This document shows positions 1 through 10,441 of a stretch of DNA of 20,272 nucleotides, in pieces. Numbering within the stretch: position 1 is the first letter of the stretch; each line of letters opens with the position of its first letter. The position numbers and the translations under genes are program-made. Source of the stretch: Catajapyx aquilonaris (Eukaryota); the NCBI GenBank assembly GCA_000934665.2, contig JYFJ02001345.1, forward strand, positions 62,001-82,272. Reading direction: 5' to 3'. The notes under the pieces were generated by a model, which worked only from the letters and a program-made list of their open reading frames with translations, was not told the DNA's origin and ran no database searches.

Positions 1-1029
1 TTTGTGCCTACCAAAGAAACAGGAAGTTTATGAATATTTGATTCGCCCAATGATCCATTATTGAAATGGTCCTCGAGATCCGAACCCAGGACACCCTGTC
101 ATATTACGAATCGTAATTTTAAAAATAGGCAACCCGTTAGCATGAATGACGCCTTTGGTGGATCAATAGCTTCCACATATACTTTTAATCAATTTGATTG
201 CCCGGAAAACGACCTTGAGATCCGTCGCACCCATTGTGACCCTATGTGAGTTCACATGTACTGTACCAACAATACATGGCACATACCCCACATGAGAGTG
301 ACGCACAGTATTATTGCAATTTCGATGCATTTTGCTATATAGAACCTGCAGCACCATGTGGCCTCATTAAAAGGCGCAAATCGATGCCATCGACGCCAAG
401 CAAGGTTGGACTCACAGGCCTCTATTCAAGAATTCATGGAAACATGCGCATCTCTTGTGCAGGACAGGTCACTGCTGGACAACAATACAAGAGCGGTCGA
501 TGTGGCAACAAACCAGAAAAAAATAAGTGTTGACACCAGAAAGTCGAAATGTTAGAAACACTATCAGCAACGCGTATTAAAATTAGTGTCGCCGCTATCA
601 GTAACAATAATTATAACAGCTGATAACATGCTGAGATCATTCTATTGTCAACTGCAGAGGTCATACAGCTATGACTAACACACGAGTGGAGTACAAGTCA
701 TATCTATGTGAAATTCGAACTATTTCTAGACCATGGAATAATCCAGATGCAATGCACCTTTTCAGCTTTAAGTTCTATTCCAGGTATCCAAACTGTTTGT
801 AACTTGACGCGCATGCTTTAGTCAAGTGATTACATCACATGTTGCGCAATCTATAAAGAGACACTGGCAAAAAGGCAAGCTCCGGAATTTTTATGTAATA
901 TTGTGTAATGTTCATAGCTTATAAGGCAGAGCACGTCGATTTTTTGTCCAGTCAATATCATTCATCATTACATAACTTTTTCCCTTAAAATTAATATTTA
1001 CATACTACACCGGAAATATTGGCAGACGA

Positions 1030-1030
<1 letters not shown>

Positions 1031-1081
<51 letters not shown>
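1031..1081. repeat. (ATT)17 microsatellite, within SAMDC intron 1
   Basis: 17 perfect ATT units read directly. Confidence 0.97.
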
Positions 1082-1172
1082 TGAACATTTCACATTCTGA
1101 ATCGATCCCAACAATTTCCATGACGCAACCGAGGAAGGGTGGGTTCACCCCCTCAAAAAAAAAAAATGACAC

Positions 1173-1231
1173 CTGGCAAGGTACACCCAATGCCATAAAA
1201 TATTAATTTGACATTGGGTGTACCTTGGCAG
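1173..1231. repeat. Short inverted repeat (20-bp arms, 19-nt spacer)
   Basis: CTGGCAAGGTACACCCAATG (1173-1192) pairs with CATTGGGTGTACCTTGGCAG (1212-1231), 1 mismatch. Confidence 0.85.
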
Positions 1232-1610
1232 AAAAATTTCCGAAACAATGTTCCCTGCCCCAGTGTTACCTCCTGAAACTTTGCAAGCACCTCAATCGCA
1301 AGGCCCTAAAAATATTTTGGCTCTAGGACCAGGACCCAGCTGCCTTTTCAACCTCTCCCCACACCCACAACCCACAAAACCCGAACCCTGCCAAGAAGTC
1401 TGTGCGTAAGGGGAAAAGAAAGAAAGAAAGAAAAAAAAAATTGACATGGGCGCCCAGGTGACGTTACTCGACAAGGGCGGGCGTGGTCATGAAATAATTC
1501 GCGGAATTCAACTCACACAATGTATGCAAAATTGTCGCCAAATTGGTCCAACGCAATACCCTAAAGAGCAGTGAAATTGACATTTATTTTTTAAATTAAA
1601 TAAATGAAAC

Positions 1611-1936
1611 TAAATCAAAAACCCTCGCTTCACTCACATTTCTCTAGGGGCCGCCTTTTCTAGTTAGGTCAATTTTGTTAATTTTTATTATGGTAGTGAA
1701 ATAAATGAAATCAAAAACCCACGCTTCGCTCCCCCTTTTCTATTGGGCTTACGCTTTTCCAAGTTAATTTTGTTAATTTTGATTACTTAAAATTTAAGTA
1801 ATCAAAGTTAACAAATTGAACTAGAAAAAGCGCAAGCCCAATAGAAAAGGGGGAGCGAAGCGAGGGTTTTTGATTTGATTGATTTAAGACTGAAATCAAA
1901 TCAAAAATCCTCGCTTCGCTCACATTTTTCTATTGA
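1611..1936. repeat. AT-rich foldback/MITE-like repeat with a long palindrome centred at 1792
   Basis: 1708-1791 and 1793-1876 are near-perfect reverse complements. The unit AAATCAAAAACCCTCGCTTC recurs at about 1612, 1708 and 1898, and inverted ending at 1876. Confidence 0.8.
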
Positions 1937-2204
1937 ACGCAGGCCTGGAAACTCCCTCCCTTTTTCTAGTTAAATATTTATTACCTAAATCAACTTCGCT
2001 TGTTCTGTAAAGTTAAGTACGTAATTAATATTTATTAATTTTATGTCGGATTTAAGTTGGCAACAATGTCTCACGGCAAAATGCGACAAACATTGACGTA
2101 TGTGCACGAGTAATCACGAGCGAAAAAGCCGGTTGGATCACGTGCGCCTTACAAATGGTGACACCCCCCCTATGCGCCGCATAGACGTCTATGATGCGCC
2201 GTAC

Positions 2205-2344
2205 CTTGGTATCTTCCTGAGGTCGCACTGCCTCCCTGTGGTGGTGTTTCCTCCAGGGTCCTCCTCCTCCGAGCATGTGAACCAAACCTCCAGCAGCTTT
2301 TCCACTCCCTCGAAGAAGTTGCAATTGTTGTTGTCCGACGCCAT
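2205..2344 (-). CDS. AMD1: S-adenosylmethionine decarboxylase proenzyme, first coding exon (partial gene; the rest lies left of the window)
   Basis: ATG at 2344-2342 reads MASDNNNCNFFEGVEKLLEVWFTCSEEEDPGGNTTTGRQCDLRKIP(R), containing the hallmark AdoMetDC N-terminal FFEGxEKLLEVWF...DLRxIPR motif. Ends at a phase-2 donor AG|GTACGG. I found no downstream ESS/KTCG exon in 1-2204. Confidence 0.93.
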
Positions 2345-2688
2345 TTGGGCACTCCGGCTGGTATGTCCTCTCGTGTGTGTGTGTCACACTGTGGTGCAAC
2401 AATACCCGGCACGAACTACCTACAACTCCACACCCGGCCTGTATGTCCTACGCCGGTGCGTGTGCTCACCCTGAGGAGACACTGCCCACACTGCCCACCC
2501 TCACCACTACTGCCACTGGCGTGCTCAGATTAGGGAGGGGAGAGGAGGGCAGGGTGGTGGTGGTGGGGCGGGATTCGCGGGGTCTGAAGTAGCACAACAG
2601 CTTTCTGGGGAAAAAAGTAGCCGCGACTGTAGCTGGTGAAAAAATGTCCCGAGAAAACCCACACCAGCATACAGTGTCCAATAACAGC

Positions 2689-2768
2689 AACTGTTGGCGC
2701 CACGAGCATATTTGAAGGCAAATATGAATTCGTTATTTAGCCGCCAGAGGCTCGTGGCGCGAACAGTT
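2689..2768. repeat. Inverted repeat (19-bp arms) upstream of SAMDC
   Basis: AACTGTTGGCGCCACGAGC (2689-2707) pairs with GCTCGTGGCGCGAACAGTT (2750-2768), 1 mismatch, 42-nt spacer. Confidence 0.8.
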
Positions 2769-2819
2769 ACACCATCAATGTCCCAGTGTAAAACAGACCT
2801 CACACACTTAGAGAGCCTC

Positions 2820-3223
2820 GAGGAAGTCGCTAACTTGTGACGTCACATCGTCTCTGGTTGGCTGGACTGTTTGCTGTTGCGTTGCTATGGAAATAGTGGC
2901 CGGCTCTGACGTCACAGTCGACTCTGATTGGTTGGAGCAGGCTGGATCCAATCGGAGTCGATCGTGACGTCAGAGTCGGCCACTATTTCCATAGCAACGC
3001 AAGATGGCGGCCACCATTGGAACCAGCCAATCAAAGACGACGTGACGTCACAAGATGGCGGCCACCATGGGAACCAGCCAATCAAAGACGACGTGACGTC
3101 ACAAGATGGCGGCCACCATGGGAACCAGCCAATCAGAGACGACGTGACGTCACAAGATGGCGGCCACCATGGGAACCAGCCAATCAGAGACGATGGGAAC
3201 GTCACAAGTTGGCGACTCTCCTC
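2820..3223. mobile_element. Foldback/MITE-like element with nested inverted arms and an internal 4 x 51-bp tandem repeat
   Basis: Outer arms 2820-2865 / 3176-3223; inner arms 2877-2931 / 2948-3002. Tandem units CAAGATGGCGGCCACCATGGGAACCAGCCAATCAAAGACGACGTGACGTCA start at 3000, 3051, 3102 and 3153. The repeat structure is certain; mobile origin is inferred. Confidence 0.7.
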
Positions 3224-3602
3224 CTAGACCTAGAGCCTCTCTATGACTTGAGTAGAGCCACCTAGAGCAGCAAAATAACTGCTATGGAGTAGCAGCAGCT
3301 ACAGAGGGTTGACCTGATGTATGGACAGGGTGCAGCACCAGCTCGAGGAATGATCCGTGGTGCTTTGCGATCGACCGAATGCCTGACATGCACTGCATGC
3401 ACTTGTTCATTACCACTTACACTGATTGCGCTTGCCGAAAGATGGAGCTGAAACCGATGGCGCCCAATACATTTTGTACAGTACCAGTACATCAAAGCAT
3501 GCTGGTTACATTGCAAAGAGACAATTTGGCTGATAATGGCCCACCTGTAAGGCTAGGGTGAATGACTGAATCGCAGTTGATAAGACACGTGTGAGGATAG
3601 CT

Positions 3603-6600
3603 TTATTTCTTCCATGGTTTCTTGTTTTCTTTAGGTGGCTTACTCAACACAGATCTATCAATGGGCTTGATGACGGTTCCCAATTTCGTGATGACTTTGG
3701 GTGCTACCATGGCCCTAAAGGCAGTCTCTGGGACCCAAGTGTTGCCGACCGGAGCTCGTATGCTTTTTTCGTAGTCTTCTACCTTTGTGAATGGGAATGG
3801 CAGGTCGCTCACCTAAAGAAATTAATAGGGACGTTTAAAAAAAATCAAAATATTGCACCAACATTTCACTGAAAATTAAGAATCAAATGAATAGGCCCCC
3901 ATATGGACACAATACCACAACATTTTAAAATTAGGAGATAAAGTCTGTTAAACGAAAGAATGATCTGACATCATTGTATTGTTTACCGACTCCTAGTCAA
4001 CCGAAATCCGCCAGACGCACCTCTGGAACCTTCCACTGTTTACAGTGCCAACAAAAAATAACAATGTTCATTCTTATTGTTGTATGAGGACATCTCCATG
4101 GAACCAGGAAAAGTGGAAGGTTCCAGAGGTGTGTTTGTCAGATTTCCGTTGCCCAAGAGTCGGTAAACAAAACGACGATGTCAGGTCGTTCTTTAGTTTA
4201 ACGGACTTTAGTGTCCCTTAAAGGGCAGGTTTCACCAAGCCCGGTTTTGATAAAACCCTGGTTCTTTAGGAAAATCCCTATTCTATTTGTAGGGATTTTC
4301 CGAAAAAACTGGGGTTTTAACAAAACTGGGCTTGGTGAAATTGGCCCTAAGTATAAAAATCTCTCCGGTAAATGAGTACAGATGAGAAAGGTTAAATGAA
4401 GTCTCAGAGAAACATACCAAATGTTTCCTAAACTTGGGAACTCTCTTCTCGTTGAGAATGACATGATTCTTTTTGTTGTCAGTCCTTGGTGGCAAAGGCG
4501 GAGGCTTTATCAGGAAGCGCCTCCTTTTCGCTCTGGACACAGTTCGTCCATGTCCACCCCATTCCCCCCACCCAGGTAAGCTTAGATCAATAGCTTTGGG
4601 CTTGGACGACTCAATTGCCTTCTTCTTTTCTGCCCTGAATTCAGCCACCACATCATCATCCTTGAAAGCCTCGACTATGGTCATCCTTTGCGCAGATTCA
4701 TCATCATCCATCTCCTCTTCAGAGTCGTCCTCTCCTCCAAGGATCATATCAGGCAATTCTGAATCCAGCTTCTTCGGTTGGAGTGTCACAATCTTCTTAG
4801 GGTCAATCTGCACTTCTTTTTCCGTTTGTGGCACATCATCTTTGCTGGAATCCTCTTTCGCAACGCTAAGCAGTATCTTGTCAGCTATGGTGCGTACAGC
4901 TTCAGTGTCCATTTTGCTCTCGACATCTTCTATGGTTTGCAGTCTATCTAGCCCTTCATCCAGGAAGCTCTCTTCTCGGGTGTCATCCACTTTCCACTCA
5001 CCTGACTGGGTGGATACTTTTGAATTCACTTTAGCAACTTTAATTTTCTTGGCTCTCCGGCCCTCAGCTTTCATCTTCGTGGTTCTTTCACCAAATGATC
5101 GCTTCAGATGCTTCAGCTTGAATTTGGATTCATCTACTAGTTTCTTGTCCGCTGCGTTAAACATTTTATCCAAGTTTTCAGAAGTGCCGTTAATTTTGCC
5201 TTGTTTTTGTTGGACAACTTGGCTTGTTTTTGTTGCTTTTGGTTCCACTGGTGCTGCTTTTTCCACTTTCTGCTTGGTGTGACTCCCAGTGGTAACATCA
5301 GCTTTCTTCTCAGCTTCCTGCTCCCAAAATTTTCTGTACCCAGAAAAGGCCACGTCTGTAGGCATGTCCTTGTTTGCGGCCTGTATCCAAGGATTGTTGG
5401 CATTCTGGCTGCCACCGACTTGCTCAGTGCCTTCTTCCACCTCTCCTTCATCACTGCTTTCTCCAGCCTTGACCTTCTGAGTTAACTCGCGACTGAACTT
5501 CAGCTCCTGGGACAGTTTCTGTCGGCTCTGAAATATATAGCAGCAATATAATGTCTGTAACACAATTACAAATTAAAATTATTTTGCAAAGGCCAGCCAA
5601 ACTTACCTCTCGGTTGTACTTGGCTCTTGCAGCTTGCATCTGTGACCACTTGCTTGTGTTGCGATGCTTTAGAGTGGATCTCTCCAATATTCGAGCCTTC
5701 TCCAACTCTTCCAGCTTCTTCAGAGCAGCTTCAGGATCCTTCTTCTGGAGCTCCTCAAACTCCTTCATCTGCTTTTTGATCTTTTCATGACGCAAGATTC
5801 GATGATACCTGTAAGTAAAAGACTCTCTCAGTGAAGTGTCAAAACTCCAAATGTGTTTTTGTCCCTTCCATGCCAATAAATACACATGAGCAGGGTATTT
5901 GCTCCAAAACTTACTTTTTGCTTTTAATTTTGTTTTGGCGCTTTGATTTAGCAGCTGAGTACGACTGGATGGCCTTTAGTTTTCCCAGTTCTTGGCGACG
6001 CTGCAATGCCTCTTTGACAGACATGGCCGACATGGCTTCCTTTTCTGCTGCTGACAATTCCTGTGTGTAATAATTGGTTGTCAATGATCAGAAATAAATG
6101 CGTGGTAATTATGAGGATAGTTTCAATATTATACCTCTCCTTTCTTGATGACGCTACTGCTTCCATGCAAAATTTTAGCCACTTCTTCCTCCAGAGGTGT
6201 TCGAGGCTGTAACATACAAAGAAGTCCTGGGGTTAAAAATCTGTAAGCTCTACTGGTCTTTGGACTTTGCCTAGTCACAAACTTCTGTATGATGAACTGT
6301 GTTAGTCTCTTTCTCTATGCAATGAGCAAACACAAGTAGGGAATACTTGCCTTGAACTTTGACAAGAACCCGCTTGCATTCTGCAGCTGTAAATCAGGCT
6401 TTCTCAGAGGGAACACCAGTTGATCAGCCACACGATTCCTCTCTACTACTGAATCCCAAGCAGCAATTTCTTCAGTGACTCGATGGTATGACAACTGCCG
6501 CTGGATCTGAAACAATTGCAATAAGTCGATTTAAAATATTCGTTGTTCAATGTGACTATAGCATTACACCAAATATTGCGATGTATCGCCAGTAAATATG

Positions 6601-7075
6601 GGGGTGACTAGACGTGTTCTCAGGTGCATTATTCTGCCAATACAGTGGCTACGTGTGTATTGAATGGCATATCAGCAACTACATTCTGGTCCTCAAAACT
6701 GATATTCTGCGAAACCAACTCACTTTATGTGCCTTTGGCTTCTCCAATGGCTGCGGCAGGACCTTCTCTCTTCTGTCCGCCCACCTGACCTGCTTCCTGA
6801 TGACCTGGTTCTTCTTCTTAATCTTCAACTCATCAATGAGATCATGAAGCCGCACCTTCCCACTCCACTCCTCGTCCGGCAGGTTGAACTCCGACACCTT
6901 CTTCCCCTCCGGCTCGCTCCTCCGCGGAAAGTGATTCCTGCGCAAAAGACAAGACAGTTAAACCTCCCAAACAATTGTGGTGGTACACACAAACGTACCG
7001 TACGTCCCCACCGATCTTGCTGATCGCTTTGATCAGCTTCTGGTGAGCCGCATCGTTCTCTGGTATGTCCTCCAT
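3603..7075 (-). CDS. UTP14: U3 snoRNA-associated protein 14 (SSU processome), 8 coding exons, about 728 aa
   Basis: Exons 7075-6999, 6937-6724, 6506-6351, 6206-6135, 6060-5915, 5808-5607, 5527-4418 and 3812-3603 total 2187 nt, all phases consistent. Utp14 motifs present: PRTPLEEEV, KIKSKKYHR, ERSTLKHRNTSKW, LPGWGEWGG, LPFPF...YEKSIRAPVGNTW...PKVITKLGTVIKPI. Likely 5' UTR intron 7153-7086. AATAAA overlaps the stop codon (3607-3602). Confidence 0.95.
3934..4217. mobile_element. MITE with about 105-bp imperfect inverted arms in the last UTP14 intron
   Basis: TAAAGTCTGTTAAAC...CACCTCTGGAACCTTCCACT (about 3939-4038) is the reverse complement of AGTGGAAGGTTCCAGAGGTG...GTTTAACGGACTTTA (about 4113-4210). 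Confidence 0.75.
4223..4347. mobile_element. Small palindromic MITE (PIF/Harbinger-like ends) abutting the previous element
   Basis: GGGCAGGTTTCACCAAGCCCGGTTTTG pairs with CAAAACTGGGCTTGGTGAAATTGGCCC. Flanks are AAA / TAA (imperfect 3-bp TSD). Superfamily is an inference. Confidence 0.7.
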
Positions 7076-7199
7076 GTCTGGTGACCTGAAAGTGCACAAG
7101 CATGAATATTCTTCCTGGTGTTTATGGTTAAAGCAATTTATGTCGCAATTTACCTGCACCCAGTCGCCGCACAAGGAAAGGCCGGTACCTGTAGACCGG

Positions 7200-7520
7200 T
7201 ACGGTACGGACAAAACCACGATGCAACTACACGTGCAATGAAAACGGCCACCAATGATTTCACGTGAGCTATTACAATGCAGACTTCACCGACAGGTGGC
7301 ATTACAATCATGACAAGTGTGTGCTGCCATCTCTCGTCCAATATTGTCAAGTGCATGGGAAACAGTACACCCTCCTTGGCAGTACCCCAGGGTAGCCAAT
7401 AACAACAAAATGTAACACTTAATAGATCCTAATTATTAGTAAAATAAGGTTTATGCAATTACACAGTATGATCGCACTTCCTCTAATTATAAACTGAGGT
7501 GCACTTTCTTCAGCAAGTCC
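7200..7520. promoter_or_regulatory. Putative bidirectional promoter between UTP14 and the BTB gene, with two CACGTG E-boxes
   Basis: Head-to-head genes: UTP14 5' UTR donor at 7153 (minus) and BTB 5' UTR donor GCAG|GTTAGC at 7635 (plus). CACGTG at 7230-7235 and 7261-7266. Transcription start sites cannot be determined from sequence. Confidence 0.55.
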
Positions 7521-7848
7521 TCATGTTGGCAACAGTTGCGTTTGGTCCACTGGGGAACTCTGAGGAGGAGGAATCTTCTGGTGCTCGCCCCGAGTGTTCG
7601 CCTCGAGTCCGACCGGCCCCGGCCCGCACTGCAGGTTAGCCCAACCCCCGCAACATACATTAAACACACTCTTGAGCACGGAAAAGAGGCTGGAACCAGG
7701 ATGAATTAGAAGTAGATCATAACTAGGCCATCGTCGGCCATCTTGGATTGTGGCTAATGCATTGATCCGAATGTTGTTTGGGGTTCTTCAACCCCAAGGA
7801 AGAGTGCATACATAATTCCTCTCTCTTTTTGGTGGTGGGCCAGCAGCC

Positions 7849-9920
7849 ATGGGGACCAACCAGCAGTTCTGCCTGCATTGGAACAACTTCCAGACCAACA
7901 TTGTGAGCGCCTTGGAGAGCCTGAAGGCGGATGAGGACCTGGTGGACGTTACCCTGTCCAGCGAGGGGAGGACCATCAAGGCGCACAAGGTCATCCTCTC
8001 CGCATGCAGCCCATACTTCAGGCAGGTTTTCAAGGTGAGCTGGAAAGGAAATGCACAGAAAATTCTGCTGCATTGTTGCACAGATGGAGATATGCAGAAA
8101 ACTGCCTGCCCTGTTGCAAACCGTAGTCAAGCACTTGCAATTGTTCGCATTGACCAATCCTATTGTACATAATAAAATGTGGTTTCATGGCAATTTGCAG
8201 GAGAATCCTTGCCAGCACCCGGTGATCATAATGCGGGATGTGAGCTTCTCGGACTTGCAGTCACTCCTGACATTTGTCTACCATGGGGAGGTGAATGTGA
8301 ACCAGGACCAACTCACTACCTTCATTCGAACTGCTGAATCCCTTCAGATTAAAGGACTGACTGATGCTGGTGGGAAGGGAACGGTTAGTGCACTGATGCT
8401 GTCTTGAGTATTTTTACGTTCACCTACTCAGTACTGTATTATACAACATTTGGTTTCATTTCAGCAGGGAGCAACCACTACGCCTGATTCTCCCTATCTG
8501 AGCTCCTATTTGAACAGCACCACTCCTCCTCCTCCTGCCTCCACACCCGTTCCAGCTTCCAACCCTACCCCTGCTGCTATTCATCCTTCTTCCGCTACCC
8601 CTGGGCCATCCGCTACAAAAGCAAGCAGCTCCACCTCTTCCTCCTCCCAGCCATCATCTCCCCAGCCAAAGAGACGCAAGTCCCTCCCCCGCCGCTCCCA
8701 TCTTCCGCCGCCTTCCACTCCAACCAGCCCTGTCAGTTCTCACCACTCCGAGGAACCAGGTTCACAGGAGCCTGAATCAGGAAAAGAAGAAGAAGCATGG
8801 GATGCAGGTATGCTTAGGAGTTTGTGAAATCTGGATTTGTTTGTTGCATGTGGATAGTGCATGAATATCAAATGCAATGAAACTTCCAGCAATTTTGGTG
8901 CTTTCTTGGAGATTCGAGTCATAGAACTGCAGCCTTGAATGTGTAGAAGAGAGAATATCACACTCTGCAAAAGCGTTTTATAAGTGAAGCTCCGTAAAGC
9001 AAGATATGTCTGCACCTCAATTTATGACCATTTAGTAAATCGATCAGGACTCATATTTGGCAAGAGTCCTTTGGGCAACAACTAATAACATGCTGAATAA
9101 CACACCAAAATGTGTTGCAAATATTGCGAAATATTTTTCATTGCAAGTTCGCTAGCCCTAGAATATGTTGAGAAAGTGTTGTTCAAAACACTGCAAGTTC
9201 AATGTACTGAACTATTTTCCAGCCCTAGGTTTGCCTTTGGCCCCTTCCATAGCCAAGTCAGAACCAGATGATGTGGAACTGGTTGACTTGGCCAGTGCTG
9301 ACAAGATGGAAGATGACGCTTCCAACATGGCCCTTGGAGAGGAGGTGCCTGCCCCTCCTCAGAGACGGGGAAGTGAGTCGGATGATGGGAAGAATCCTCT
9401 CGCCTACTTGTCCTCACTGGCAGCTGGGCCCGCTTTGGCAGCAGCTCTGGACGGGAGAGGTGAGCCACTTCCAGGCTAGGCAATTTTGTTGCCTACCTAA
9501 GTTCTCGCCAAGTGCCCAGTAACTAGCGGAGCAAATTTAGGTGGAATTTGATTAGTTTATTCTTCCCTAATTTGTAATTTTCTGCACTGTAATTTTTATT
9601 GGCGATTGCATCTCATATTTTTTCTATTGGGTGTTACATTAGAAGCTGATATTTGTCAATGTGCAATTTTTTAACATTGAAATGGCTGCAGAGGAAATGG
9701 GGAGAGTCACCCTAACATGCAGTTAATCACCTCAGCCATGTTCAGTTTGGCAATAAATTTTTTTAAATATACAGGTACTGTAAAAACGTAAGCTGTCATT
9801 TTTAACGAGCAAGCGGAAGTGAACCTTATAGATATATGGAATAAATTTCTGATCTAGATAAATGACTTGCAGGTGGAGTTCCGCAAGCAGGAATGGCCAG
9901 CGCACAAGACCAGACCCCAG
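7849..9920 (+). CDS. Ttk-type BTB/POZ zinc-finger transcription factor (Broad/Tramtrack/lola class), constant exons
   Basis: Exons 7849-8034, 8201-8383, 8465(or 8468)-8807, 9223(or 9229)-9459 and 9873-9920 total 997 nt and end in phase 1 at CAG|GTAAGT. BTB domain: [11 protein letters not shown]...DVTL...[13 protein letters not shown]...HPVII...YHGEVNV...AESLQIKGL, followed by a Ser/Pro-rich linker. Orthology cannot be assigned by eye. Confidence 0.93.
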
Positions 9921-10441
9921 GTAAGTGTCTTTGATGTTCTTATGGCGGGATTTTCTGGGTCAATTTAAATAGTGCATGTGCAAGAAGGGAAAGAGTGTTT
10001 GCTGTTGGACACTGGTTGTTTTGTTCTGAGAGTGTTTGAATCCCATGCAAGTTTTGTGAAAAAGCTGGTGAAACTGGTTGATCCATTGGTCTGTCACTTT
10101 TAATACTACTGTACAAACAGTTATAATGTGTGTATGTGGTCAAAATATTTGCGTCCTGTCGGCTTGTTTGGGTATTTCTTTCTGGGGTAAGGGTGGACGG
10201 AGCAGGAACCGGGGCTTACTGCCTACAGGGATCGACCCAAGAAAAAGTCTATTTAAAATTCTTAACATGCAAAGAATCTTAATGAAAGCAGGCCTGCAAT
10301 AACTTAATACTTGCATGCTTAACTGCCCCACTCTTAACGAATGTATGTTGTCACTGGTGTCAGTATGGATATCTGGGTGTGTGGTCGATCCCTGCCAGCC
10401 CGTTGTAATGCGAGGTCCCCTCTGTTTTCCAACCGTTGCAG

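Noticed and set aside
61..555. Plus-strand ORFs with a plausible acceptor at 128 and donor at 246
   Set aside because: The spliced frame stops after a few codons and no domain is recognisable. A nested gene end within the SAMDC intron cannot be excluded but is unsupported.
3000..3204. Regular repeats resembling a CRISPR array, and repetitive ORFs on both strands
   Set aside because: Units are contiguous with no unique spacers, there are no cas genes and the context is eukaryotic; the ORFs are by-products of the 51-bp (17-codon) unit.
3262..3561. Short Cys/His-containing ORFs between the UTP14 3' end and the foldback
   Set aside because: No valid finger spacing or coherent splice structure.
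4473..5282. 269-aa plus-strand Ser-rich ORF
   Set aside because: Antisense shadow of the Glu/Lys/Asp-rich UTP14 exon 7; no independent motif.
7849..9920. Assigning the symbol lola, br, ttk or fru
   Set aside because: The architecture is shared by all of them and the BTB sequence is not recognisably any one; phylogeny is needed.
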